A stretch of 54,913 nt of DNA, taken from IMG/VR virus record IMGVR_UViG_3300045988_075804. The stretch is one strand, 5' to 3'. Both the position numbers and the translations under genes were made by a program. The DNA is from a virus. Of this stretch, positions 24,652 through 33,334 are shown piece by piece. Under the pieces are notes generated by a model. That model was not told the DNA's origin, did no database searches, and saw nothing but the letters and a program-made list of their open reading frames with translations. Position 1 is the first letter of the stretch. Every line of letters begins with the position of its first letter.

Positions 24652-25357
24652 AACCGTTGGGATATATGTTCCATCGTACAAACGCAGCGACCGGATCATG
24701 ACCTGGAACGTTCTGAATGATTGCACCTATGTAGTCAGGGAATCAGAGGAAGCGGCATACCGGGAAGCCGGTATAACGAAAATTCTTACAGCTCCGGATG
24801 AAGAAATCAACAGCCTGGCAAAAGTAAGGCAGTGGATTATTGACAATACGCCGGAGGACATCGTAATCCAGTGCGATGATGATATTTCCCGGATGATCTA
24901 CAAGGGCAAGAACAACAAAGTTGAAATCGCCGACAAGGACGTTATCGACATGGAGTTTGAGAGAGTAGCACAGATTCTGAGCGATTTAAGGCTTGGGTTT
25001 GCTTCCTGCACCATGACCGGGGATGTCCGGAAGTTCAATGCAGAGTTCCTGTTCAAAGGAATTACCGGAGGAATCTGCTGGTTCAATAAGGAGTGTCTGA
25101 AAAGCCGGTTCGATAATATGACCTACATAAAAGAGGACACGGATTTTGTTCTCCAGGAACTGTTGCAGAATCGGATCATCATCATTCCGGATTACTTCGG
25201 TATGCAGAATGAGTACGACAAGAACGCCGGCGGCAATAATGAGAATAAGAACTCCAGGGCGTTAAACCAGACGGTTGAGTATATGAAAAATAAGTGGGGT
25301 AAGTATTACGATCACAATTTCAAAACAAACCAGAGCCGCATAAATGTCAAAAGATAA
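24626..25357 (+). CDS. GT-A-fold glycosyltransferase-like protein (TET-associated-GT-like), substrate unknown
   Basis: Track ORF trimmed to ATG 24626. VGIYVPSYKRSD...IVIQCDDDISRM resembles the beta1-PSY.R ... DDD layout of TAGT-type enzymes. Assignment is from memory only. Confidence 0.35.
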   Translation: MNQDYQACKTVGIYVPSYKRSDRIMTWNVLNDCTYVVRESEEAAYREAGITKILTAPDEEINSLAKVRQWIIDNTPEDIVIQCDDDISRMIYKGKNNKVEIADKDVIDMEFERVAQILSDLRLGFASCTMTGDVRKFNAEFLFKGITGGICWFNKECLKSRFDNMTYIKEDTDFVLQELLQNRIIIIPDYFGMQNEYDKNAGGNNENKNSRALNQTVEYMKNKWGKYYDHNFKTNQSRINVKR

Positions 25358-25429
25358 GTTACCGGAAAGTACAGGAAGTGTACAAGATGCTGAAAAGGCA
25401 GATTTGACGAAAAATCGGTTGTTTTCGCC

Positions 25430-25457
25430 TTGAAATCATGTGAAAAACTGCTAAAGT
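25430..25457 (+). promoter_or_regulatory. Promoter TTGAAA-16-TAAAGT (operator-less member of the GCTAAAGT family)
   Basis: TTGAAA 25430-25435. ctGCTAAAGT ends at 25457. Confidence 0.45.
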
Positions 25458-25515
25458 TAAGCTCAAGTTAAGGGAAAACCAAGGCTTGACAATCATTTTG
25501 TAGGAGGAATGAGAT

Positions 25516-26145
25516 ATGGCATACAATCAGTTAATCACAAAGAGCGGACATTCATTATTCACGATGTCCAGCCTCTACCAGAAAGCAATCCGGAGATGCG
25601 ATGTAAAGGCGGCAGGTTACGCAGCAAATGAGCTGTTCGACCGTTATGAGCATTATCTCTGGAAAAGAACCCTGGTAATCTCAGCAGAGGATTGTTACGG
25701 GGAATGTACCCAGGAAATCTTAGCTCTGTACTGGGCGAGCCAGGAAGTGAACAAAGGAAAGAAAGGAAATGACCGGACAAAGATTTTCATAGCAAAGGCA
25801 ATTACCATTTTGCTGTATCACGCAAAGAGCAGAGATTCCGATTTCTTTGCATGTGAGGCTATGGACGATAAGAACCGGTCAGCCGGAGATTTGAAAAAGT
25901 ATTTTACCGAGAGAGAGCTTTACGATCTGAACCATGGTATTGATAAGCAAATCAACCTGGAGGAGTTTCAGGAGCTGGACGGCGGTAAGATACCGAAATA
26001 TGTTTACGACTGCCACACCCTGGAGGGCAAGAGGGCAGGAAAAACAAAAGAGGACTTCATGCGAGAGGAGGAGGCAGACTTACAGTACAAACAGTTGTCT
26101 TTCTTCGACCTGGAGGGAATCAAAGGAAATTTTAGTTACGCCTGA
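25516..26145 (+). CDS. Stand-alone MgsA/RarA C-terminal-domain-like protein (no AAA+ module)
   Basis: SLYQKAIRRCDVKAAGYAANEL......LWKRTLVISAEDCYG and IPKYVYDCHTLEGKRAGKTKEDF parallel the MgsA_C motifs (SA.QKSIRGSD.DAA.YW..R......I.RRL...ASEDIG; vP.hLrd.h). Confidence 0.5.
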   Translation: MAYNQLITKSGHSLFTMSSLYQKAIRRCDVKAAGYAANELFDRYEHYLWKRTLVISAEDCYGECTQEILALYWASQEVNKGKKGNDRTKIFIAKAITILLYHAKSRDSDFFACEAMDDKNRSAGDLKKYFTERELYDLNHGIDKQINLEEFQELDGGKIPKYVYDCHTLEGKRAGKTKEDFMREEEADLQYKQLSFFDLEGIKGNFSYA

Positions 26146-26170
26146 GTAAAGGCAGAGAGGAGGAGCCAGC

Positions 26171-26401
26171 ATGATAAAGAAAACAGATCAGGTACGTAGC
26201 CTGGTAAGACAGGGGCGTTATAAAGATGCCCTGAGAATTGCAAAAGGTTTCCGGTTAGGAATAACCAGAGAGCAGAGCGACACGATGGTACGTGCGTATG
26301 AGTGCATGGTTCATCCTGATTTCTACCGGAGCATAGGCAAAAACACACAGGAGTGCATAGACGGAGGGGTAGCCGTTTTATGTCGGATATTTGGTTCCTG
26401 A
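26171..26401 (+). CDS. Hypothetical small protein (76 aa)
   Basis: ATG after GAGGAGGAGCCAGC. Confidence 0.5.
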   Translation: MIKKTDQVRSLVRQGRYKDALRIAKGFRLGITREQSDTMVRAYECMVHPDFYRSIGKNTQECIDGGVAVLCRIFGS

Positions 26402-26428
26402 CCGCATAACAAAATAAAGCGAGCATGA

Positions 26429-26462
26429 AAGCATCTTCTCACACACGGGAGGATGCTTTTTT
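26429..26462 (+). terminator. Intrinsic terminator closing the 25.4-26.4 kb cassette
   Basis: aagcatc pairs with gatgctt around a 16-nt loop, then TTTTTT. Confidence 0.55.
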
Positions 26463-26486
26463 CGTAGTAAATTGGTAGGTGGTGAG

Positions 26487-26927
26487 ATGGCAAATGAACA
26501 GAACTTAAAGAAGTTCGGAAGCGAGAGGGAACCGAGTGAGGCAGGTCGGAAAGGCGGCAAGGCATCCGGAGTGGCAAGGCGGCGGAAAAGAGACATGAAA
26601 AACGCTGCAAAGTTGCTTCTGAATATGCCGGTTACTGGCGAAAACACAATCAAGAATCTGGAAACGCTTGGCTTCGAGGAGGAGGACATGACAAACCAGA
26701 TGGCCCTCATGGTACGAGTTTTTCAAAAGGCTATGCAGACAGGGGATGTCCGGGCGGCTGAGTTTCTAAGAGATACAGCTGGTTACAATCCGGAAACGAA
26801 CCTGAAAGAACGGCAGTTCAAGTATGAAAAGGACAAGGCAAATGGTATGAACCAGGAAATAGAAGATACAAGCGATGTGGATGATCTGATATATGGCGGT
26901 AAAGAAGAAAAAGACGATACCGTTTAA
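26487..26927 (+). CDS. terS: Terminase small subunit
   Basis: N-terminus MANEQNLKKFGSEREPSEAGRKGGKASGVARRRK is typical of Firmicute-phage TerS. It lies immediately upstream of TerL and overlaps it. Confidence 0.65.
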   Translation: MANEQNLKKFGSEREPSEAGRKGGKASGVARRRKRDMKNAAKLLLNMPVTGENTIKNLETLGFEEEDMTNQMALMVRVFQKAMQTGDVRAAEFLRDTAGYNPETNLKERQFKYEKDKANGMNQEIEDTSDVDDLIYGGKEEKDDTV

Positions 26928-28260
26928 GTTCGGTCAGAAACACATGGATTATATCTATGCCTGTCAGTTTAATACTTACAACATCCTGGAGGGAGCTGTT
27001 CGTTCCGGAAAGACCATTGATAACGTATACGCTTTCGCACATGAGCTTAAAACCTGCCCCGATAAAATCCACCTTGCCACCGGTTCCACCATGGCGAACG
27101 CAAAGCTGAATATCGGCGATGCGAACGGCTTCGGCCTGGAGTATATCTTCCGAGGTCAGTGCCGATGGAGCAAATATAAAGACAACGACTGTCTGAGGAT
27201 TAAAGGTCCGAGTACGGGCTACAAAGAAAAGATAGTCATTTTTGCCGGAGGAAAATCTTCCGACAGTTACAAGAAAATTCGTGGTAACTCCTACGGTATG
27301 TGGATAGCCACGGAGATCAATCTGCATCACGACAACACAATAAAAGAGGCTTTCAACCGTCAGCTGGCAGCAAAACGCCGTAAAATCTTCTGGGATTTGA
27401 ACCCAGAGCATCCAAAAGCACCGATTTACGCAAATTACCTGGATGTCTACGAGGCGAAAGCTAAAAAGGGAGAGCTGCTGGGAGGTTATAACTACCAGCA
27501 TTTTAATATCTTCGAGAATGTGAACATCACAAAAGAGCGTTTACGAGAGATTGTCAGCCAGTACGACCAGAACAGTATCTGGTATATCCGGGATATAGAG
27601 GGTAAAAGAAGTATTGCTGAGGGTCTTATTTACGTCAAATTGGCTACTTCCATAGCGGCAAGCGATAATAAATACCTGATACCCGTAGAGGCTGTAAAAA
27701 AGCTGGAAAAGGAAAATCAGTTATTAGATATTAACATAGGCGTTGACTTCGGAGGGAATGGATCCGGTCATGCTTTTGTTGCTTCTACCGCAACCAGAGG
27801 ATATGAGAAGTTGATAGCCCTGGCTTCTGAGTGGCACGATGCAGATGGAACAGACCCTGACGATCTGGCCAGAATGTTCGTTGAATTTGTCAAGAAGATA
27901 AAAGCCACTTATGGTAGGGTCACACATGTATATTGTGATTCTGCAGAACAGGTTTTGAAACAGGGACTACGTTCTGCCCTGATTAAAAACCAGATGGGAG
28001 ATATTAAGGTTGACAACTCCCGGAAAGAGCAGATCACAAACCGTATTTTCACACTGACAACGCTAACGGCTCAGGATCGGTTTTACTACACCGAGCAGTG
28101 CGAATCACTCCAGGAAGCTCTCAGCATGGCAGTATGGAATCCTAAGAATACTGAGCTGGAACGTCTGGACGATGGCACGAGCGACATCGACAGCCTGGAT
28201 GCTTTCGAGTATTCGTATGAGCATGACTGGAAGAAATTCATAAAAACAAAAGCCGGATAG
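26893..28260 (+). CDS. terL: Terminase large subunit (PBSX-like)
   Basis: Walker A-like EGAVRSGKT. 455 aa. A nuclease half with acidic motifs (GVDFGG.GS, DSAE). Confidence 0.85.
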   Translation: MAVKKKKTIPFKFGQKHMDYIYACQFNTYNILEGAVRSGKTIDNVYAFAHELKTCPDKIHLATGSTMANAKLNIGDANGFGLEYIFRGQCRWSKYKDNDCLRIKGPSTGYKEKIVIFAGGKSSDSYKKIRGNSYGMWIATEINLHHDNTIKEAFNRQLAAKRRKIFWDLNPEHPKAPIYANYLDVYEAKAKKGELLGGYNYQHFNIFENVNITKERLREIVSQYDQNSIWYIRDIEGKRSIAEGLIYVKLATSIAASDNKYLIPVEAVKKLEKENQLLDINIGVDFGGNGSGHAFVASTATRGYEKLIALASEWHDADGTDPDDLARMFVEFVKKIKATYGRVTHVYCDSAEQVLKQGLRSALIKNQMGDIKVDNSRKEQITNRIFTLTTLTAQDRFYYTEQCESLQEALSMAVWNPKNTELERLDDGTSDIDSLDAFEYSYEHDWKKFIKTKAG

Positions 28261-28273
28261 GAGGTGTGCAGCA

Positions 28274-29707
28274 TTGGCAGTAATAGATTTTTTCAGAAAG
28301 GCGTTAAGTAAAATGATACCTAAATCAAACATCGAGAAGCAGTTGAATATTTCAATCGCTACATCGGCAGTCATGGACAGAGGCATAGAGCTGTGGTCCA
28401 TGATGTACGAAAACAATCCACCCTGGAGAGGCGGAGATGCTGGTGTTATACCGCTTAATCTTCCGGCGGCAATTTCAGAGGAAATGGCACGGCTTGTACT
28501 CACGGAGTTCAGTATAGAGCTGACGGGAAGTGCAAGGGCTGATTACCTGAATAAACAGCTGAAGAATAACCTGGTAAACCTCAGCGATCACATGGAGCTT
28601 TTCTGTGCGAAAGGCGGCATCTGCTTAAAGCCGTTCATTTCCACAGGAGGAACTATTGATATTGATTTCACGCAGGCAGACAGGTTTTTTCCTACTGCCT
28701 ACAACAGCAACAAAGAAATTACCGGAGCTGTATTCGTGGACAGCAAGAGACAAGGCGACTACGTATACACACGGTTAGAGAGCCACAACCTAAACGGAAC
28801 GGACTACACCATCGTAAACAAGGCTTTCCGTTCCGAGAGATTGACGGGTCAGGCTCCGGATGATGATTTTATCAGCGTACAGTACCCGTATCAAACGCCT
28901 GTTCCCCTGAGTGAAGTTGAGGAATGGGCTTCTCTATCCGAGGAACCGGTGGTAATCAACAACGTTGAAAAGCCGTTGTTCGTTTATATCAAGATGCCAA
29001 GAGCAAATAACCTGGATCCGAACTCTCCGTTAGGAACTTCGGTTTATTCCAGGGCTACAGAGGTAATCGAACAGGCAGACAGACAGTTCTCCCGGATTCT
29101 CTGGGAATACGATGCTACAGAGGCAGCAATCCACGCATCAGCTGATATGTTCGACAGCGATAAGAGCGGTAAACCAATCCTACCGGCTGGTAGAGAGAGG
29201 CTGTACCGTGCTTTTGACTTTGAAAGCAAGGAATCTTTCCTGAAAGAGTATGCTCCGGAGATAAGGTCAGACCCATTGTTTAAGGGACTGAATAAATACT
29301 TCCAGCGTATCGAGTTCCTGGTTGGATTGTCATACGGTACAATTTCTGATCCGCAGGACATTGAAAAGACGGCTGAGGAGATAAGGACATCGAAACAGCG
29401 GTCATATACCGTAGTCTCCAGAATACAGAGTGCATGGGATAATGGTTTTGATGCCCTCATATACGCCATGGACGTCTTATGTACACTCTACAACCTGGCT
29501 ACAGCCGGAGGCACGGAAAAGGCTACCACATGGGGAGACGGGGTTCTGGAGGACACCGACAAAGAGTATCAGAGACGGTGGGCTATGGTGCTGGCTGGCA
29601 AGTACAAGCTGGAAAAGTTTTATGCGTGGTATTTCGGATGCTCCGAGGAGGAAGCAAAAGAAATGATACCGGAAGCACCAGCTGGGAATTATCCTCCTGA
29701 AGAATAG
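28274..29707 (+). CDS. Portal protein (SPP1 gp6-like)
   Basis: 477 aa, directly after TerL. TTG start 9 nt after AGGAGG. Confidence 0.75.
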   Translation: MAVIDFFRKALSKMIPKSNIEKQLNISIATSAVMDRGIELWSMMYENNPPWRGGDAGVIPLNLPAAISEEMARLVLTEFSIELTGSARADYLNKQLKNNLVNLSDHMELFCAKGGICLKPFISTGGTIDIDFTQADRFFPTAYNSNKEITGAVFVDSKRQGDYVYTRLESHNLNGTDYTIVNKAFRSERLTGQAPDDDFISVQYPYQTPVPLSEVEEWASLSEEPVVINNVEKPLFVYIKMPRANNLDPNSPLGTSVYSRATEVIEQADRQFSRILWEYDATEAAIHASADMFDSDKSGKPILPAGRERLYRAFDFESKESFLKEYAPEIRSDPLFKGLNKYFQRIEFLVGLSYGTISDPQDIEKTAEEIRTSKQRSYTVVSRIQSAWDNGFDALIYAMDVLCTLYNLATAGGTEKATTWGDGVLEDTDKEYQRRWAMVLAGKYKLEKFYAWYFGCSEEEAKEMIPEAPAGNYPPEE

Positions 29708-29718
29708 GAGGTGCTGCC

Positions 29719-30984
29719 ATGCTGACACCTGAATATCTGGAGGCGTGTGCTGACAGCGTTCTGGGTATCTATGATGAACTCAATATTAAGATTGTTGAGG
29801 ACATCGCCCGTAGGATTGCGAAAACCGGAACCGTGACCGATTCTGCAAAATGGCAGATTAAACAGGTCCAGGAAGCTGGAAAGCTCGTGGACGAGATCAC
29901 ACATGAGGTTGCAAGCATAACAGGTTTCTCGGATGCCTACGTGAAAGAGCTTTTCAATGATGCCGGGGTAGCTTCCCTGGAATATGAGAGCAAATTCGTT
30001 ACCGAGGCAGGATTAACTCCGGTAACGATGAATACATCCCCGGCCATGATGCAGACATTGGCGGCGGCAATCGAGAAAACCCAAGGTAACCTGAACAACC
30101 TAACCGGAACAACGGCTGTTGCATCACAGAGTTTGTACCTGGAATCTACCAACATGGCATACATGCAGGTAACTTCCGGGGCTTTTTCATATCAGGAAGC
30201 CATAAAACAGGCAGTCAGAGCGGCAGCAATCGAGGGAAGCAAGGTTTATTATTCCAATGGACACAGCTCAAAACTGGATGTCGCTATTCGCCGGTCCTTA
30301 TTAACCGGAGTAAACCAGACGGCCGGACAGCTTACGGAAATGTACGCCGATGATATAGGCTGTGATTATTACGAAACATCCGCTCATGTGGGAGCCAGAA
30401 ATACCGGAGCCGGTTATCTGAATCACGAGAGCTGGCAAGGACAGGTTTTCTGCATATCTGGGGAAGACCATAGGTACCGGCAATTTGAGGAGGCTACCGG
30501 GTACGGAACCGGAGGAGGCTTGTGCGGATGGAATTGCAGACACAGCTTTCACATGTTCTTTCCTGGCCTTTCAAAGCCGGCATACAGTGAATCTACATTG
30601 TCCGGGTACTCGAACAGAAAGCACACCTACAAAACACCATCAGGAGAAAAGCAGATCCTGGACGAGTACAAATGCACTCAGAAACAGAGAGCTTACGAAA
30701 GGTCAATCCGGGAATCAAAGACGATTCTGGCTGGATATGATGCTGCTATAAAGGCGGCTCCGAACGCTACTCTCGAAAACTCCATGAAAGAGGAATTTGC
30801 TGCAGAGAGTGTAAAACTGAAAAAGATAGAAGCGGAAATGAAAGATTTCTGCAAACAGACCGGGAGACCGGTCGATTCTGCCAGAACCCAGGTGTATGCC
30901 GTAAAGGATGATTCCGGCAGAATTGTTAATTTTGGTAGATCAGTCAGCCAGAAAGCTGTCTGGGCTAATAAAAAATCAAGATAG
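29719..30984 (+). CDS. Head morphogenesis protein (SPP1 gp7 / Mu F-like)
   Basis: GARNTGAGYLNHESWQGQVF...GGGLCGWNCRHSF is the gp7/F-family signature. Confidence 0.8.
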   Translation: MLTPEYLEACADSVLGIYDELNIKIVEDIARRIAKTGTVTDSAKWQIKQVQEAGKLVDEITHEVASITGFSDAYVKELFNDAGVASLEYESKFVTEAGLTPVTMNTSPAMMQTLAAAIEKTQGNLNNLTGTTAVASQSLYLESTNMAYMQVTSGAFSYQEAIKQAVRAAAIEGSKVYYSNGHSSKLDVAIRRSLLTGVNQTAGQLTEMYADDIGCDYYETSAHVGARNTGAGYLNHESWQGQVFCISGEDHRYRQFEEATGYGTGGGLCGWNCRHSFHMFFPGLSKPAYSESTLSGYSNRKHTYKTPSGEKQILDEYKCTQKQRAYERSIRESKTILAGYDAAIKAAPNATLENSMKEEFAAESVKLKKIEAEMKDFCKQTGRPVDSARTQVYAVKDDSGRIVNFGRSVSQKAVWANKKSR

Positions 30985-31024
30985 GAGGTAAAGCCAAAAT
31001 GAAGAAACTGTTTATTCACAGCCC

Positions 31025-31309
31025 ATGAGAGGCAAAACGGATGAAGAAATCCTTGCTGAGAGAAAAAAGGCTATTGAAAGTGCAGAGAGAAGCCTCGGAG
31101 AACCGGTTGAAGTGATTGATTCATTCTTCCAGAACGCTCCGGCGGATGCGAGACCGCTCTGGTTCCTGGGAAAATCCCTGGAGCTGCTGTCTACAGCTGA
31201 TATTGCATACTTCGCCAAAGGATGGGAAGATGCAAGAGGTTGTAGAATTGAAAACCAGTGCGCTATCGAGTACGGCATTGAGGTTATCGAGGATTACACA
31301 GAGAAGTAG
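31025..31309 (+). CDS. DUF4406 / nucleoside-deoxyribosyltransferase-like protein. The N-terminal strand is apparently split off into a 9-codon mini-ORF at 30999-31028.
   Basis: C-terminal LLSTADIAYFAKGWEDARGCRIENQCAIEYGIEV fits the family. The strong RBS serves ATG 30999 (MKKLFIHSP*), whose stop overlaps ATG 31025 (ccATGA). Confidence 0.5.
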   Translation: MRGKTDEEILAERKKAIESAERSLGEPVEVIDSFFQNAPADARPLWFLGKSLELLSTADIAYFAKGWEDARGCRIENQCAIEYGIEVIEDYTEK

Positions 31310-31363
31310 GGAGGAGGTGATCCTGCTATCTCCCAGTCATGGGTTAAATGACAGGCTCATTCA

Positions 31364-31468
31364 GGCATTTTGCCTGGTTTAAGTAACAAATTATCACGGA
31401 AGCGGAAATAAAGCCTCCACGGGCTTATCACGCATCCACAAAGCAACCTACAACAAAATATTTCACAG
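31364..31468 (+). repeat. Tripartite conserved non-coding element, copy A (copy B at 48625-48720)
   Basis: Shared blocks are GGCATTTTGCCT, AAGCCTCCACGrGCyTATmACGC and AATATTTCAmA. Block 1 to block 2 spacing is 47 nt versus 46 nt. Confidence 0.75.
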
Positions 31469-31666
31469 TTAAAACCGGGTGGTTTCCTTTTCTGGAGACT
31501 TCCCGTTTTTATTCGCCCTGGAGGAATGGCATATAAACTACTCGGCTTGCCCTGGACACGGCACATAAACTGTTCAAATTTCCGGTCATGGGCGGATATA
31601 TCCCATGATAGCAGAGCCGGAGTGAACCGGCATATAAACAAAATCAGCGAATTAAGGAGGTACACC

Positions 31667-32350
31667 ATGTACGAATTTTTGAAGAAACTTTTTGGAACTG
31701 TAGACGGACAGCCGGAGGCACTGACCTATGAACAGCTGGAGGAGAAGATCAAAGGCGATAAAAACCTGAAAATCGTAAACCTGGCGGATGGTGGTTACGT
31801 TGCCGAGGATAAGTTCAGAGCAAAAGAGACGGAGCTTACCGGAGTGAAACAGCAGCTCACGGATGCCAATACCACAATTCAGTCCCTCAAAGATAAGGGA
31901 GCTGATGTGGATAAGGTCACAAAGGAATGGGAGGACAAGTACAACAAGGACACCCAGGACTTGAAAGACAAGCTGACAGCCCAGGAACGCTCCCATCAGA
32001 CGGATATGTTCTTATCTGGCTACAATTACACTTCCAAAGCGGCACAGGCCGGTATCAGAGCAGAGTTTGAGAAAAAGAACTACGCACTGGAAAACGGTCA
32101 GTTCGGAGCGGATGCTACTGCCTACATGAAATCGCTCATGGAGAGCGACGATTACAAGGGTGCGTTCGTTATCGAGGACAACAACAATGGCGGTCAGGGA
32201 GGCCAGGGAGGAAGCGGAGCCGGAGGACAGGGTACTCAGCCTCATTTCGCATCCGGAACCAACGGAGGCACCGGTGGTGCTGGTGGAAATCAGAATCCGT
32301 TCCTGAACATGGGCTTTACCCGTTTAAGACAGCCGGAAAACAACAAATAA
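31667..32350 (+). CDS. Scaffolding protein (GP20-like)
   Basis: Track ORF trimmed to ATG 31667, which follows AAGGAGGTACACC. Coiled-coil region, Gly/Gln-rich C-terminus, and a position just before the capsid gene. Confidence 0.7.
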   Translation: MYEFLKKLFGTVDGQPEALTYEQLEEKIKGDKNLKIVNLADGGYVAEDKFRAKETELTGVKQQLTDANTTIQSLKDKGADVDKVTKEWEDKYNKDTQDLKDKLTAQERSHQTDMFLSGYNYTSKAAQAGIRAEFEKKNYALENGQFGADATAYMKSLMESDDYKGAFVIEDNNNGGQGGQGGSGAGGQGTQPHFASGTNGGTGGAGGNQNPFLNMGFTRLRQPENNK

Positions 32351-32364
32351 GGAGGATCTAAAGA

Positions 32365-33264
32365 ATGGCAGCATTAAACTACGCAAAGCAGTATCAGCAG
32401 GCACTGGAGCAGGAGTTCCCTTATGTTCTCTACTTCGGAGCCCTTTTCAACACACCTAACAACGGCCGTTACCGCTGGGTAAACTCCAACGTGATCGAGA
32501 TTCCTACAATCACAACGACCGGACGTACCGATGGTAACAGAGATACTATCGGCGAGAAGAAACGTAACTACAACAACTCCTGGACACCTCTGCAGGTTAC
32601 CAACCACAGAACATGGTCCACTCTGGTACATCCTCGTGACATCCAGGAGACCAACCAGGTAGCGAGCATCGCAAACATTACCAGGGTATTCAACGAGGAG
32701 CAGAAATTTCCTGAAATGAACTGTTACCTGATTTCCAAGCTGTATGCGGACTACACAGGAGCCGGAAAAACAGCAGACAAGACCGTTCTTACCACAGACA
32801 ACGTTCTGGAGGTATTCGATGCCATGATGACCTACATGGACAACAAGAGAGTTCCGAGAGCTGGTCGTATTCTCTACGTAACACCTGATACCAGAACCCT
32901 CATTACCAACGCAAAGCAGATTGTCAAGACCCTTGACGTAAGCAAGCGTTCCGAGGCAGTTAAAAGAGCAATCACTTCCATTGACGAGGTAGAAATCCCT
33001 GACAGCGTACCGTCCGACATGATGAAAACGGCGTATGACTTCACGGAGGGATGGAAGGTAGACACTGCCGCAGACCAGATCAACATGTGTCTGGTTCATC
33101 CTCTGGCAGTCATTACTCCTATCAACTACGAGTTCGCACAGCTGGATCCGCCTTCCGCTGGTTCCGAGGGAAAGTGGGACTACTTCGAGGAATCTTTCGA
33201 GGATGTGTTCCTGCTTCCCAACAAGGTTGATGCAATCGCATTCAACATCACACCTCATGCGTAA
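32365..33264 (+). CDS. Major capsid protein
   Basis: 299 aa after the scaffold gene, with a strong RBS. The N-terminus MAALNYAKQYQQALEQEFPYVLYFG is typical of this capsid family. Confidence 0.8.
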   Translation: MAALNYAKQYQQALEQEFPYVLYFGALFNTPNNGRYRWVNSNVIEIPTITTTGRTDGNRDTIGEKKRNYNNSWTPLQVTNHRTWSTLVHPRDIQETNQVASIANITRVFNEEQKFPEMNCYLISKLYADYTGAGKTADKTVLTTDNVLEVFDAMMTYMDNKRVPRAGRILYVTPDTRTLITNAKQIVKTLDVSKRSEAVKRAITSIDEVEIPDSVPSDMMKTAYDFTEGWKVDTAADQINMCLVHPLAVITPINYEFAQLDPPSAGSEGKWDYFEESFEDVFLLPNKVDAIAFNITPHA

Positions 33265-33334
33265 GAGCTGGTAAATAATGATTAAAGTGACGGGAGCCTG
33301 TTATGGCTCCCTTTGTCACGGAATGGAGGAAAAT

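Noticed and set aside
25485-25514. A second AGGCTTGACA -35-like box 26 nt before ATG 25516
   Set aside because: The only -10 candidate at 18 nt (TGAGAT) would place the transcription start inside or after the start codon. The upstream TTGAAA-16-TAAAGT promoter fits better.
31526-31666. N-terminal extension of the scaffold ORF (track start 31526, MAYKLLGLPW...)
   Set aside because: It has no RBS, and the extension runs through the GGCAYATAAAC repeat region. A perfect AAGGAGGTACACC-ATG lies at 31667.
32374-33258. 294-aa minus-strand ORF exactly mirroring the major capsid gene
   Set aside because: It is the antisense shadow of a highly expressed gene with strong codon bias, and it has no translation signals.
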